From Malacoraja senta (lineage: Eukaryota), in assembly GCA_038087875.1 (NCBI GenBank), contig JAXLNO010000502.1:62001-110485 (forward strand): a DNA stretch of 48,485 nucleotides, given 5' to 3'. Of this stretch, positions 23,088-35,347 are shown in pieces (within the stretch, counting starts at the first letter, position 1; the number at the start of each line of letters is the position of its first letter). The notes beneath the pieces are model-generated. The model did no database searches. It worked only from the letters and a program-made list of their open reading frames with translations, and was not told the DNA's origin. The position numbers and the translations under genes are program-made.

Positions 23088-23580
23088 AACCAGACTGATT
23101 CCTGGGATGTCAGGACTTTCATATGAAGAAAGACTGGATAGACTCGGCTTGTACTCGCTAGAATTTAGAAGATTGAGGGGGGGGATCTTATAGAAACTTA
23201 CAAAATTCTTAAGGGGTTGGACAGGCTAGATGCAGGAAGATTGTTCCCGATGTTGGGGAAGTCCAGAACACGGGGTCACAGTTTAAGGATAAGGGGGAAG
23301 TCTTTTAGGACCGAGATGAGAACATTTTTTTCACACAGAGAGTGGTGAATCTCTGGAACTCTCTGCCACAGACGGTAGTTGAGGCCAGTTCATTGGCTAT
23401 ATTTAAGAGGGAGTTAGATGTGGCCCTTGTGGCTAAAGGAATCAGGGGGTACGGAGAGAAGGCAGGTACAGGATACTGAGTTGGATGATCAGCCATGATC
23501 ATATTGAATGGCGGTGCAGGCTCGAAGGGCCGAATGGCCTACTCCTGCACCTATGTTTCTATGTTTATGTTTCTATGTTC
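23088..23580 (+). mobile_element. CR1 3' end
   Basis: Same subfamily as 3003-3543 and 13497-14263. Confidence 0.9.
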
Positions 23581-24019
23581 CACTTTCTCCATCTGACTGG
23601 ACCCAGAACAATCCAAGCAATGCAGTTTTCCTTATTTTATTTCTTGGATCAACATAATTTATTGATTACGCTTCACATCATTCTCCTGACACTTGTAATA
23701 AGTTTCTGAATCACTGGTACAACACCCTCTACAATTTTTGCTGTTGCAAAAGGCTAACATTGTAGCCCATGTACAGCTAAGGGTCTTACTATTAATTGCA
23801 TTAATTCCTCTTACATTCCACCTCCCAAAGAGCAACACCCCACACTTGCCCAGATTAAACTGCACCTGCCATATCTTGCCCATTTCTGTACCTGATCTAT
23901 CAAGTCAAGTCACTTTTATTTATATAGCACATTTAAAAAACAACTCTCGTTGGCCAAAGTGCTTTACATTGGTATAAGAATAGTATTAAAAAACAACAGT
24001 GGTTCATAGATTAAATACA

Positions 24020-25003
24020 ATTCAATTCAATTCAAGCACTTTATTCATCCCCAAGGGGCAACTTAAAAGGGCGCATTACAGTAGCTTTTTAAAAAAAAGA
24101 AAGGGACACAAACAACGTAACGAAAAGACAAACATTCAAAGCTACTCTCTGCACCGACCGGTCGACCGCACGAGCAGTGACCTGGCAAGGATTGGGTTGT
24201 CAGCAGCGATACAATAATAAAGAACACACAAAAAGTAACACAAACATCCACCACAGCATTCATCACTGTGGTGGAAGGCACAAAAATTTGGCCAGTCCTC
24301 CATTTCCCCCCGTGGACAGGACCAGAGTCCAAGTCAGTCCAGGATCGGCTCTTCCTCACCGGAGACCGCGGCTTTAGATTGTTGTAGGCCGCAGGCCGGC
24401 GGTCAAGATTTAAAGTCCCCGCCGCAGCCAGAAGCACCGTAGACTGCAGGGCCGGCGGTCGAAGCTCCCCTCCAGGGGTGATGGTAAGTCCATGCCGGCC
24501 CCGCGGTAGAAGTTGGCCGTGGGCTGGCAGTGATGGCTTCTTCTTCCCCCGGGTCCCCCACGAGGGATCCCGGGCTGTAGACGCCGCACCAGCTGGAGCT
24601 CTGCAGACCGCGACTTCAGGCTGCCGGCTGCCCCGGGCCAGCGAAACGGAGCGCTCCCCTCCAGCGAGCCCCAGTGAGGGTTCACCCGCTCCACGCCGAG
24701 AGTCCACGCTGCGCCCGCCGCTGAAGCCCCGGGCACGTCTCCGGGAAAGGCCGTGCTGGGCACGTCTCCGGGAAAGGCCGCGCCGATCCTTGATGTTAGG
24801 CCACGGGGGAGGCGACCTGGAAAAAGTCGCCTCTCCATGGAGGAGGCGACCGAAGCGGTTACCCCTTACCCCCCCACACCACCCCCCACACAAGACACCC
24901 AAAGAAACATTAAATACACACTTTAAAACATACTAAAAAATAAAAAAAAGTTGAAAAAACTGACGCACTGCTGACATGGCTGCTGCCTGAACAGCTCCCC
25001 CGG
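24020..25003 (-). mobile_element. GC-rich unclassified repeat-like insert (probable non-autonomous retroposon)
   Basis: Interrupts the L2; (TTGAA)n-type tail on -, 10-bp hairpin TCCACCACAG...CTGTGGTGGA, internal 23-bp duplication. Confidence 0.5.
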
Positions 25004-26777
25004 AGTTCAAACAAACTACATACATATATACATATAGCCCTCGCTCAGAGGACGTCAAGAAAGGCTTGGGAGTAGAGATGAGTTTTAAGTCTCGACTTAA
25101 ATTTGCGTTTTAGATCCATATTTAGACAAATCAGTAAAACAAAGGAGGGGTAATTTAAAATCTAAGACTAGTGAAGACTAGTGAACTTCTAAAGACATGT
25201 ATAAAAAATACTAATATAACAGATGTATGGAGAACTGCTAATCCAACTGGAAGGGAATATTCGTTTTACTCATCGGTACATAAAACTTATTCACGAATTG
25301 ATTATTTTTTAGTGGATATAAAATTAATTCCATATACAATTAATCCTTCATACCACACCAGTATTATTTCCGATCATTCTCCGTTGACATTTCTATTAAA
25401 ATTTGAGGGAATGCCAGGTAAAAAATCTTTTTGGAGGTTTAACACACAAATTCTAAACGACCCACAAGGTTATAAATATTTAAAACAACCAATGAAATTC
25501 TTTTTTGAGACAAATGAAACACCAGGTATTTCACCATCTTTATTATGGGAAACTTTCAAGGCATTTATCAGAGGAGTTATAATCTCATTTCAAATTTTTC
25601 AAAATAAAAAGAATAAGACAGAACAACTGATGCTAGAAGAAATTAGACAATTAGAGTTAGATAATGCCAAAGATCCAACTACAGATACACATAATAAGAT
25701 AATACTACCTAAATTTAAACTTAATCGAATTTTATCGGCAAGAGTAATAAGATTATTCCAAATTACAAAACAGGAACATTTTGAATTTGGTGACAAGCCA
25801 CATAAACTCTTAGCTCGTCAATTGAAAAAACAAGAAAAGGAAAACACTATCACTAAAATTAAATCAGAGAAAGGTGAATTACTAATATTACCTAAGGATA
25901 TTAACAATAGATTTGCTCAATTTTATCAAAATTTATATACATCTAAAACTAACATAGAAGATAGTAAAATTATACATTTTTTAGATAACTGTAATCTTCC
26001 AAAACTTGACCTTTCGGAACAAGAGGAATTAGGAGCTCAGATTACACTTGAAGAAATAGGTGAAACAATAAAATTGTTGAAAAATGGTAAGACGCCTGGA
26101 CCAGATGGTTTTAGTAACGAATTTTATAAAACATTTCACGAGATAACGGCTCCATGCTTACTTAATTTATATACTCATGCCTTTAAAGAAAATAAACTAC
26201 CAGAAACATTAGCTGAATCAACTATTACGCTTATACCAAAAAAAGATAAAGATCTAGAAGAACCGGGCTCATACAGAGCTATATCACTTTTAAATACAGA
26301 TCAGAAAATTTTAGCAAAGACCTTAGCAAGAAGATTGAGTAAATACATTAGTAAATTGATAAATCCTGATCAAACGGGGTTTATACCCAAAAGACATTCA
26401 TTTAATAATTTGAGACGACTGTTTAATATGTGCGTTATCACCCCTGCTATTTGCCCTTATGATAGGGCCCCTGGCTGAAAGTATAAGAATTCATCTGAAT
26501 ATTCATCTGAATATTCAGGGATATAATACTAGGGACTCAAATAATAAAATTTCATTATATGGAGACAATATACTTTTATACATTACAAATTCACAAACGA
26601 GCATACCAAACTTATTAAATTTAATAGAGGAATTCGGTTCTTTTTCTGGATATAGAATAAATTGGAATAAAAGCGAAATCATGACGTTAAAACCTCAAGA
26701 ATCTACACACCTATTAAAATTCCCCTTTAAAATCGCAACAGAAAAATTTAAGTATTTGGGTATTCAAATTACTAGAA

Positions 26778-29340
26778 AATGTTAACGTTAATTTTATTTG
26801 TTTCCAAATTCTAATTGTACTATGAATAATTGGATTTTTACTATATATTGTGTTCTTTATTTTTGTTGGTGAGAGAAGGATCGCTCCTTTGTTAAAAGGG
26901 GAGCAGTCCTCTCTCTCCATTACTATCCAATCCACCTGCTGGGCCGAATTGTCCAACAGGTGAATCATATTTTTGACATTTGTGGCCCAATAATAATATA
27001 AAAAATTGGGGAGTGATAATCCACCAAATTCCTTAGGTTTACACAAGTGTTTTCTTTGGATTCTGTGGGATTTATAGTCCCATATAAAATTTGTAATATC
27101 AGCATCCAATTAAAAAAAAAAAAATTTTGGTAAGTATATCGGTATTGACTGGAATAGATATAAATTTTGTGGTAAAAAGATCATTTTTATAGCATTTATT
27201 CGGCCTATAAGAGACATCGGGAGGGTTTTCCAGAATTTAATCAATGTGTTTAGTTTATTGAGTAAGGGCATATAGTTTGCATTAAATAGAGATTTATATT
27301 TTCTAGTAATTTCAATTCCCAAATATATAAATTTTTCTGAAACGATTTTAAAAGGGAATTTTAACAGGTGTCGATTCTTGAGGTTTAATCGTCATAATTT
27401 CACTTTTATTCCAATTTATTCTATATCCTGAAAAGGATCCAAATTCCTCAATTAAATTTAATATATTTGGTATACTAGTTTGTGATTTTGTAATATATAG
27501 TAGTACATCATCTGCATATAAAGATATCTTATTATTTGAATATTTTGTATTGTACCCATGAATATTCGGATGTATCCTAATACTTTCCGCTAACGGTTCT
27601 ATTACAAGCGCAAATAACAGAGGTGATAATGAACACCCCTGTCTATTTCCCCTTGATAACTGAAATTTCGAGGACAAAATATTATTAGTTAATATTCTGG
27701 CCGTAGGCCTATCATATAATAATTTTACCCAAGCGATAAAATTCTCTCCCACTTGAAATTTTTGCAATACTTTAACCATATAATCCCATTCCACTTGATC
27801 AATCTATCACTTCTTACACCTATAATGAATAACCCTTTGTTTAAACCTTCTATGATAGATAGAGCTTTTATAAATTGGGAAAGAGTAGGAATTAAAACGT
27901 TTGGAGATATGTATGATAATGGAAGTTTTTTAACATTTCACCAATTACAACTTAAATACAACTTGAATAGTAATCAATATTTTAAATATTTTCAACTACA
28001 TGACTATTTGAAAAAGTATATACGAGAATATCAAAATATGTCTCCGGACCTATTAGATGGGATAATGAATATAAAAGCGGAATCAGCTAATTTAATATCA
28101 TACCTATATAATTCCATTTTAAATATAGAAATTCCATTATCGGACGGGATCAGAAGAGAATGGGAACAGGAACTAGCTATAAAAATCTCGAAAGAGAGTT
28201 GGGATAAACATCTATTATATGTGCATAAATGTTTGATTAACGTAAGACATACTCTGATTCAATTTAAAATGTTACATAGATTATATTATTCAAAAGCTAA
28301 ATTAAGTAAATTTTACCCAAATACCTCTGCTATGTGATAAATGCCTAGTCCAAGAATCAACTATAGCAGGTACACAAAAATGCTGGAGAAACTCAGCGGG
28401 TGCAGCAGCATCTATGGAGCGAAGGAAATAGGTAACGTTTCGGGCCGAAACCCTTCTTCAGACTGATAGGGGGTGGGGAGAAGAAAGGAAAAAAGGAAAA
28501 GGAGGAGGAGGAGCCCGAGGGTTGGGGGAGGGGAGGAGACAACCAGATGGCTGATGAAGGGGAGGGGACAGCCAGGGCTAGCAGAATTGGGAGAATTCAA
28601 CGTTCAGGCCACCAGGGTGTAGACTGCCCAAGCGTAATATGAGGTGCATTATAGCACATTCTTTTGTTTTTTGTATAAAAATTCAAAGATTTTGGAATGA
28701 AATTTTTGAAATTTTCACTAAACTATTTAAAATAAAACTGAAACCGAATGCAGAACTGATTACTTTTTGGAACAATAGAAGCAAGTTTGGAGCTGACTTC
28801 ATTTCAAAGGGGTTTTCTTAGTTATGGCTTAATAACGGCAAAAAAACTGATACTGAAATTTTGGAAAAATGCTCCTACGCCAACAATAAAAATGTGGACT
28901 TCTAATATGTCGGAATTGTTACATCTAGAAGATATGAGATTCCTCCTAGCAGGTAAACAAGACCAATTCCAAAAGATTTGGTCTCCATATATCGACTTAT
29001 TACAAACATAGGGTGCAACAAAATGATGATAATAAATGGTTTTAGGACCTGGCGAGGGGTGAGTAAAGATAAGAAGTAGGTACATCCCTTTCATATTGTC
29101 CTATCTTATTTTCTTTTTTCTCTTCTTTTTTTTCTCTTTTCTTCTTTAACTACTTCTTGTGGTTTAGGTTCACATGTGTGTTCCTGGACCACTTTCTCAT
29201 TCACTCACTGACTGTCTTTGCTAGCTCTTTCTATCCTTTTTTTCTATTAAAGTTGAAAAACAGAAGTGGTACAAAAACTGTATAAATTTACGTTATTGCA
29301 GATTACTGTAATGTAAAATACTTCTAATAAAAAATTAAAA
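26778..29340. mobile_element. Twin-primed L1 (inverted ~26782-27792, forward ~27794-29340)
   Basis: TSD AAATTACTAGAA at 26766-26777 and 29341-29352; the - segment has QGCSLSP/YADD; the + segment ends in an A-rich tail. Confidence 0.88.
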
Positions 29341-29825
29341 AAATTACTAGAACATATAAAGCATTATTTAATGCTAATTTTATGCCTTTATTAAATAAAC
29401 TCAACGCGTTGATACAATTCTGGAAAACACTTCCGTTATCATTAATAGGCAGAACAAATACTATAAAAATGATCTTTTTACCACAATTATTATACCTATT
29501 TCAATCTATACCATTATATTTACCAAAAAACTTTTTTTTAAACTAGGCTCCAATATCACCAATTCTATTTGGGACTATAGATCACACAGAATTCAAAGAA
29601 AACACTTGTGTAAACCAAAAGACGTTGGGGGACTTTCACTTCCGAACTTTTTGTATTACTATTGGGCAGTGCATATTAAGAATATAATTTACTGGTTGGA
29701 CAGTTCTACCCAACAGACAGAATGGATAAGAATGGAGAAAGAGGATTGTTCTCCTTGTAACATCGGAGCGATCCTCTTCTCCCCGATAAAACTGAACAAC
29801 ACAATATATAAGAATAACCCAATTA

Positions 29826-30836
29826 TTTTTTTTTTATTTTTTATTTTTTTAGAAGTACGGTAGATTACAGTAATGTACAACACGTATATATTAATACATT
29901 TTTTGTACCGCTTCATTTTTTTAAACTTTAAGAAAGAAAAAGAAAGAAGTAAGAAAAGTGAAGAAAGTGCGCAAAGGTTGTGAAGTGCAAAAGAGTGTTG
30001 GGAAAAGAAAGCCCCTTAGAGAAGAGGTTAGAGAAGGAAGTAAAGTTAGAAAATAGACCCTAGAAAAGAAAAGAGAAAGAAAGAAGGAACAATCGCTCTA
30101 TTATAACTCTTATACCATACTTCATAGAGAAGGAACTACCAACCAAGTCTGTTTTTATTTTACCTCCCATTACCAGGTCCAGATACCTTTTATTTATTTA
30201 TTTGTTTTTCTAAATTACTATTGCACCTCATGCTTGTAATAGGTCCAAAAACGTAGACCACGTCTTTTGAAATTGATCTACTTTACCTACTAGGAGGAAT
30301 CTCATCTCTTCCAGATGTAATGTTTCCAACATATTTGATGTCCACATTTTTATTGTTGGTGTGGGCGCATTTTTCCAGAATTTAAGTATAAGCTTTTTTC
30401 CCATTATTAGCCCATAATTGAGTAAATTCTTCTGATACACGTTTAATTCAGGAATACCTTCCGATATTCCAAAAATAATCCATTCTGGTTTTGGTACCAG
30501 TTTTATTTTGATTAATTTTGAAAAAATATCAAATATTTCAAACCAGAATTTTTGGATTTTTGTACAAAAAACAAAAGAATGTGCTATGGTAGCTTCTTGA
30601 CATATACATTTATCACAGATTGGTGAGACGTTAGGAAAGATTTTATTTAGTTTGGTTTTTGAATAATATAATCTATGTAATGTTTTAAATTGGATAAGCG
30701 TATGTCGTACGTTGATCGAGCATTTATGCACCTGTAATAAATGATTATCCCAACTCTCTTTTGAAATTTTTATACCTAGATCTTGTTCCCAATCTCTTCT
30801 AATTCCATCTAAAAAAAATAAAAAAAATAAAAAAAA
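29826..30836 (-). mobile_element. L1 3' segment with A/T tails at both ends
   Basis: Zn-knuckle-like CDKC...H...C in ORF 30228-30731; ~17-bp TSD AAGAATAACCCAATTAT on both sides. Confidence 0.85.
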
Positions 30837-32009
30837 GAATAACCCAATTATACATGATACAATAAGAATTTGGAAACAAATAAAATTATCTTTAAAATTA
30901 AGAAACCTATCATTGTTAATGCCAATAGTGAATAATCCTTTATTTAAACCATCTCTTATTGATAAAACATATAATCAATGGGAAAGAATGGGAATTAAAA
31001 GGATCGGTGATATGTATGAAATGGGAAATCTGTTATCATTCCAACAATTACAATTAAAATTTAAACTGAAAATTAACCAATATTTTAAATATCTTCAGAT
31101 CTGCGACTTCATGAAGAAATACATACAAAGCTGTACATAAAATTTAACATGTCAATATATATTAGGCGCCGGTGCAATATTCTTGTACTTACCTCTAATA
31201 AAATTACAATAAAAAAATATTAAAAAAAAAAAAAAAGTCTCGACTTAAAGGAGTCGATGGAGGGGGCAGTTCTGATGGGAAGAGGGATGCTGTTCCACAA
31301 TCTAGGAGCTGCAACCGCAAAGGTGCGGTCGTCCCTGAGCTTATGCCTAGACCGCGGGAAATTCAACAACCCCAAGTCGGCCGATCTGAGGGACCTGGAG
31401 GTGGTGTGGTGGGTAAGCAGACTTTTGATGTAGGTGGGGGCAAGCCCATGGAGGGCTTTGTTGACATAAAGGAGGATCTTGACATTTATTCGGAATCGCA
31501 CAGGGAGTCAGTGGAGAGAGGCCAGGATCGGGCTGATGTGGTCCCTTTTTCGGGTGCCCATCAGGAGTCTCGCTGCGGCGTTTTGGACCAGTTGCAGGCG
31601 GGACAAGGAAGATTGGCTGATGCCAGTGTAGAGGGAGTTGCAGTAATCTAGGCAGGAGGAGATAAATGTGTGGATGATCTTTTCGAGGTCATCAAACTGG
31701 AGGAAATGTTTTATTTTAGCTATCTATATCTCTGCTGTATCATTTGACAGCTTTTCTCACAATCTGCAACTCCAGAAACCTTGGTGTCACCTGTAAAGTT
31801 ACTAACCAACTCATCTGCATGGGTTTATTTTCTCTTTTATATGGTTTTTCAGCTACTCCATATCATCCTTGATTTGGCATTAGAGAGGCAACATAACTGA
31901 GGTAAGATCAGCATCTGCAGTTCCTTGTATCTCCAAGAACATGTATTGATGATGCCTGTACTGTTGATATAATCTATGTGCACTTCAGCAAGGCTGTCAA
32001 CACGGTCTC

Positions 32010-32440
32010 ACATAGAAACATAGAAAATAGGTGCAGGAGTAGGCCATTCGGCCCTTCGAGCCTGCACCACCATTCAATATGATCATAGCTGATCACCCAA
32101 CTCAGTAACCTGTACCTGCCTTCTCTCCATACCCCCTGATCCCTTTAGCCACAAGGGTCACATCTAACTCCCTCTTAAATATAGCCAATGAACTGGCCTC
32201 AACTACTTTCTGTGGCAGAGAATTCCACAGATTCACCACTCTCCGTGTGAGAAAAAAAATTCTCATCTCGGTCCTAAAAGACTTCCCCCTTATCCTTAAA
32301 CTGTGATCCCTTGTTCTGGACTTCCCCAACATCGGGAACAATCTTCCTGCATCTAGCTTGTCCAACCCCTTAAGAATTTTGTAAGTTTCTATAAGATCCC
32401 ACCTCAATCTTCTAAATTCTAGCGAGTACAAGCCAAGTCT
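32010..32440 (-). mobile_element. CR1 3' end
   Basis: ORF 32102-32431 plus hairpin and tail. Confidence 0.9.
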
Positions 32441-34599
32441 ATGCAGTCTTGCAGTGTGTCAGTAGGGCCCTGGATATACAGAGGAACAGAATGAACATGG
32501 TGAACATATCCTTGACCTTTGATGGTGGTGGCAAGCTAAGGTGGTGGAGGTATAGAGAGACTTCCCTCAGCCAGAGATAGATATTGAGAGCAGAGAGGAT
32601 ATTTACAAAACATTGGTTAGGCTTATCTAGAGTGTTGTGTACCATTCTGGTTGAGATTCACCAAAATGTTGCTTGGGATGGTGATGGGTAGGAGGAGAGA
32701 CTAGATATGCGGAGTTTGTTTTTGTTAAAGGCTGAGGGAGCACCTTATAGATATGTACACAATGATGAAGACATGAGGATGTATTACCCCATAATGCATA
32801 GTGTCTAATACTAATAGGAGGGCATGGTTTAGGGTATGAGGAAGAGGTTTAGAGGAGATTTAGTGTTTGGAATCTGGAATGCATCTGGTTGGTGGTATTG
32901 GTATATTATTGACACTTGTACTGATATACAGTAAAGAACTTTGTCTGCCTGTTCTCCAGTCAATTTATATCATACATGAATAAGCACAATCACGTCATAG
33001 AAAAGAAGAACTGGTGCAAAGCAAAAAATACCAGAGTGCAGAATATATTGTTACAGCGTTGTAGTGCTACAGTTACAGGGAAAGTGCAGATTAAAAAGAG
33101 CAAGGTGGCAATGAGGTAGGTTGGAAGATCTACACCCTAGCTTATGAGAGGTCCCTCGGTAGTATGGAAACAGGAGGGAAGAAGCTGATTCTGGATCTGG
33201 TGCTATGTATCAAGACTATGTATCTTCCCGATAGGAGAGTTGAGAAAATGGAATGAGCGGGGTGTGAGTGGTTCTTCATTATGTTGACTGCTTTAGATGT
33301 AGATGTAGATGCGAGGTGTAGATGTTGGGATGTTTTTATCAGTCGCGGACTAGTGAGATTCATGAACTAGTAACAAAATAAAAGGCAGTCATTTAAAACT
33401 GAGGTGCATAGAAATCATTTTTCTCAGAGGGTAGTAAATCTTTGGAATTCTCTGCCCATGAGGGTGGGTGAGGCTGGATCATTGGATGTATTTAAGATGG
33501 AGATTGATAAATGTTTGAATGATTATGGAATTGAGGGTAAGGGGGATCGGGCTCGGCTGTTATCTTGGGGATATCTGCAGGAGGTTGAAGCCAGCATAGA
33601 TATACATGTGTATATCAGTACAAGTGTCAATAATATACCAATGCCTGCACCAACCAGATGCATTCCAGATTCCAAACATTGAATCTCCTCTAAACTTCTT
33701 CCCCATACCCTAAATGGTGGGATAGGCGTGAGGGGTCTGGTGACCTATTCCGATTTTGTTGTGTGGTACTCAAAATGTCATTCTGGAATGCAACAAAAAC
33801 ACTTGAAAAAGTGCAGCATGAAACTATATGTGAAATCACCGGAAAGGGTTGCGAAATGAACCGCAATCACATAAATCTTCCTCTTTGTCCAGCAGTCACA
33901 TTAAGTAGGTCATGGAAGCGACTGGTTATGCTTTAAATGTCAACTTGCAGATAAAATAAAACATATGCAGGCAAGAAGAATTGCACAAAGCCCAATGATC
34001 AGATCTTGGGACATGAAGCAAGATTTTCATTGCGAGTGTACCACACCTGCTTGTGCATAAACTCATCTCAACTTGACTTGAGGTGTGGGTGGCAAAAAAA
34101 CAGGAGGTAACGGCAGTTTGGGTGGATTCCCCTTCACTGAGTCCCAAGCACCCAGACCACATTCACTGAAGTTAGTAAGGCCTGCGGCAGGGAGCACTTT
34201 GCACAATTCTTGCAATAACTTTAATTTTTTGTCACGTGCACCGAGATATAGTGAAAAGCTTTGTGTTGTGTGGTTTCCTGTCAGCTGAAAGACTATGCGC
34301 GATTACAATACATGATGACCTTCCCTCTGGTAGACAATAGGGAGAACTCACCATCGTTACCACATTTCGATAACTCCTTTGTAGAAGGCGGTCACTATTA
34401 TAATGTCTCTATGATCTCATGGTAACCTATCTTCGTTCAAAGCAACATCATGAATTTGCTCTGGAATTTCTTTGCAGAACTTCAGCAAGGAGTTTGTGTT
34501 TCTGAGTCCTCTTGTTTGCAGCAGGGTGGAATTTTCCGTGTCTTGTGGGCGGAGGTAGCAACAAGTTTGTTGCAGATTGTTCACCATGGAAACATGCCT

Positions 34600-35347
34600 G
34601 CTTTCATTGGTGGGTGGGCAATGGAAAATATTAACAGCATCAATTTGCTGGGTGTTAACGTGGTTGTTGATCTGTTCTGGAGGCAACGGTTGCACATAAT
34701 CATAATCATGAAGAAGGTTTGCCAGCTTGTCTTCTTACTTAGATGTTTAAACAGATTCTACTTCCTGAGAAGATTACAGAGAGTCGGTTTGTCAAGGAGG
34801 ACTCTCTCTAACTTCTACAGGTGCACAGTAGAGAGCATGCTGACCGGTTGCATCGTGGCTTGGTTCGGCAACTTGAGTGCCCAGGAGCGGAAAAGACTAC
34901 AAAAGTAGTAAACACTGCCCAGTCCATCATCGGCTCTGACCTCCCTTCCATCGAGGGGATCTATCGCAGTCGCTGCCTCAAAAAGGCTGGCAGTATCATC
35001 AAGGACCCACACCATCCTGGCCACACACTCATCTCCCCGCTACCTTCAGGTAGAAGGTACAGGAGCCTGAAGACTGCAACGACCAGGTTCAGGAATAGCT
35101 ACTTCCCCACAGCCATCAGGCTATTAAACTTGGCTCGGACAAAACTCTGAACATTAATAGCCCATTATCTGTTATTTGCACTTGATCAGTTTATTTATTA
35201 ACGTGTGTATATATTTATATAATGGTATATGGACACACTGATCTGTTTTGTAGTCAATGCCTACTATGTTCTGTTGTGCTGAAACAAAGCAAGAATTTCA
35301 TTGTCCTATCAGGGACACATGACAATAAACTCACTTGAACTTGAACT
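34600..35347 (+). mobile_element. Rex1/Babar-type LINE 3' end
   Basis: RFYFLRRL...NFYRCTVESMLTGCI.AWFGN; IIKDPHHPGH.L...LPSGRRYRS; (CTTGAA) tail. Confidence 0.88.

Larger units (their letters stand above)
25102..31234 (+). mobile_element. L1-clade LINE (5'-truncated, internally deleted) with two nested L1 insertions
   Basis: ORF 25171-26478 has endonuclease C-terminal motifs (YSRIDYFL, ISDHSP) and RT N-terminal motifs (KTPGPDGF, SYRAISLLNTD, PDQTGF); poly(A) at ~31195-31234; 15-bp TSD at 25087-25101 and 31235-31249. Confidence 0.92.
23902..31725 (-). mobile_element. L2 LINE 3' portion (pieces ~23902-24020, 25005-25101, 31235-31725) hosting nested inserts
   Basis: RFRINVKILL.V.KALHGLAPTY...FAVAAPRLWNS at 31220-31501; contiguous across the TSD AAGTCTCGACTTAAA. 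Confidence 0.8.

Noticed and set aside
25171..26478. 435-aa endonuclease/RT ORF as an active or domesticated gene
   Set aside because: 5'-truncated L1 ORF2 with an internal deletion and nested insertions
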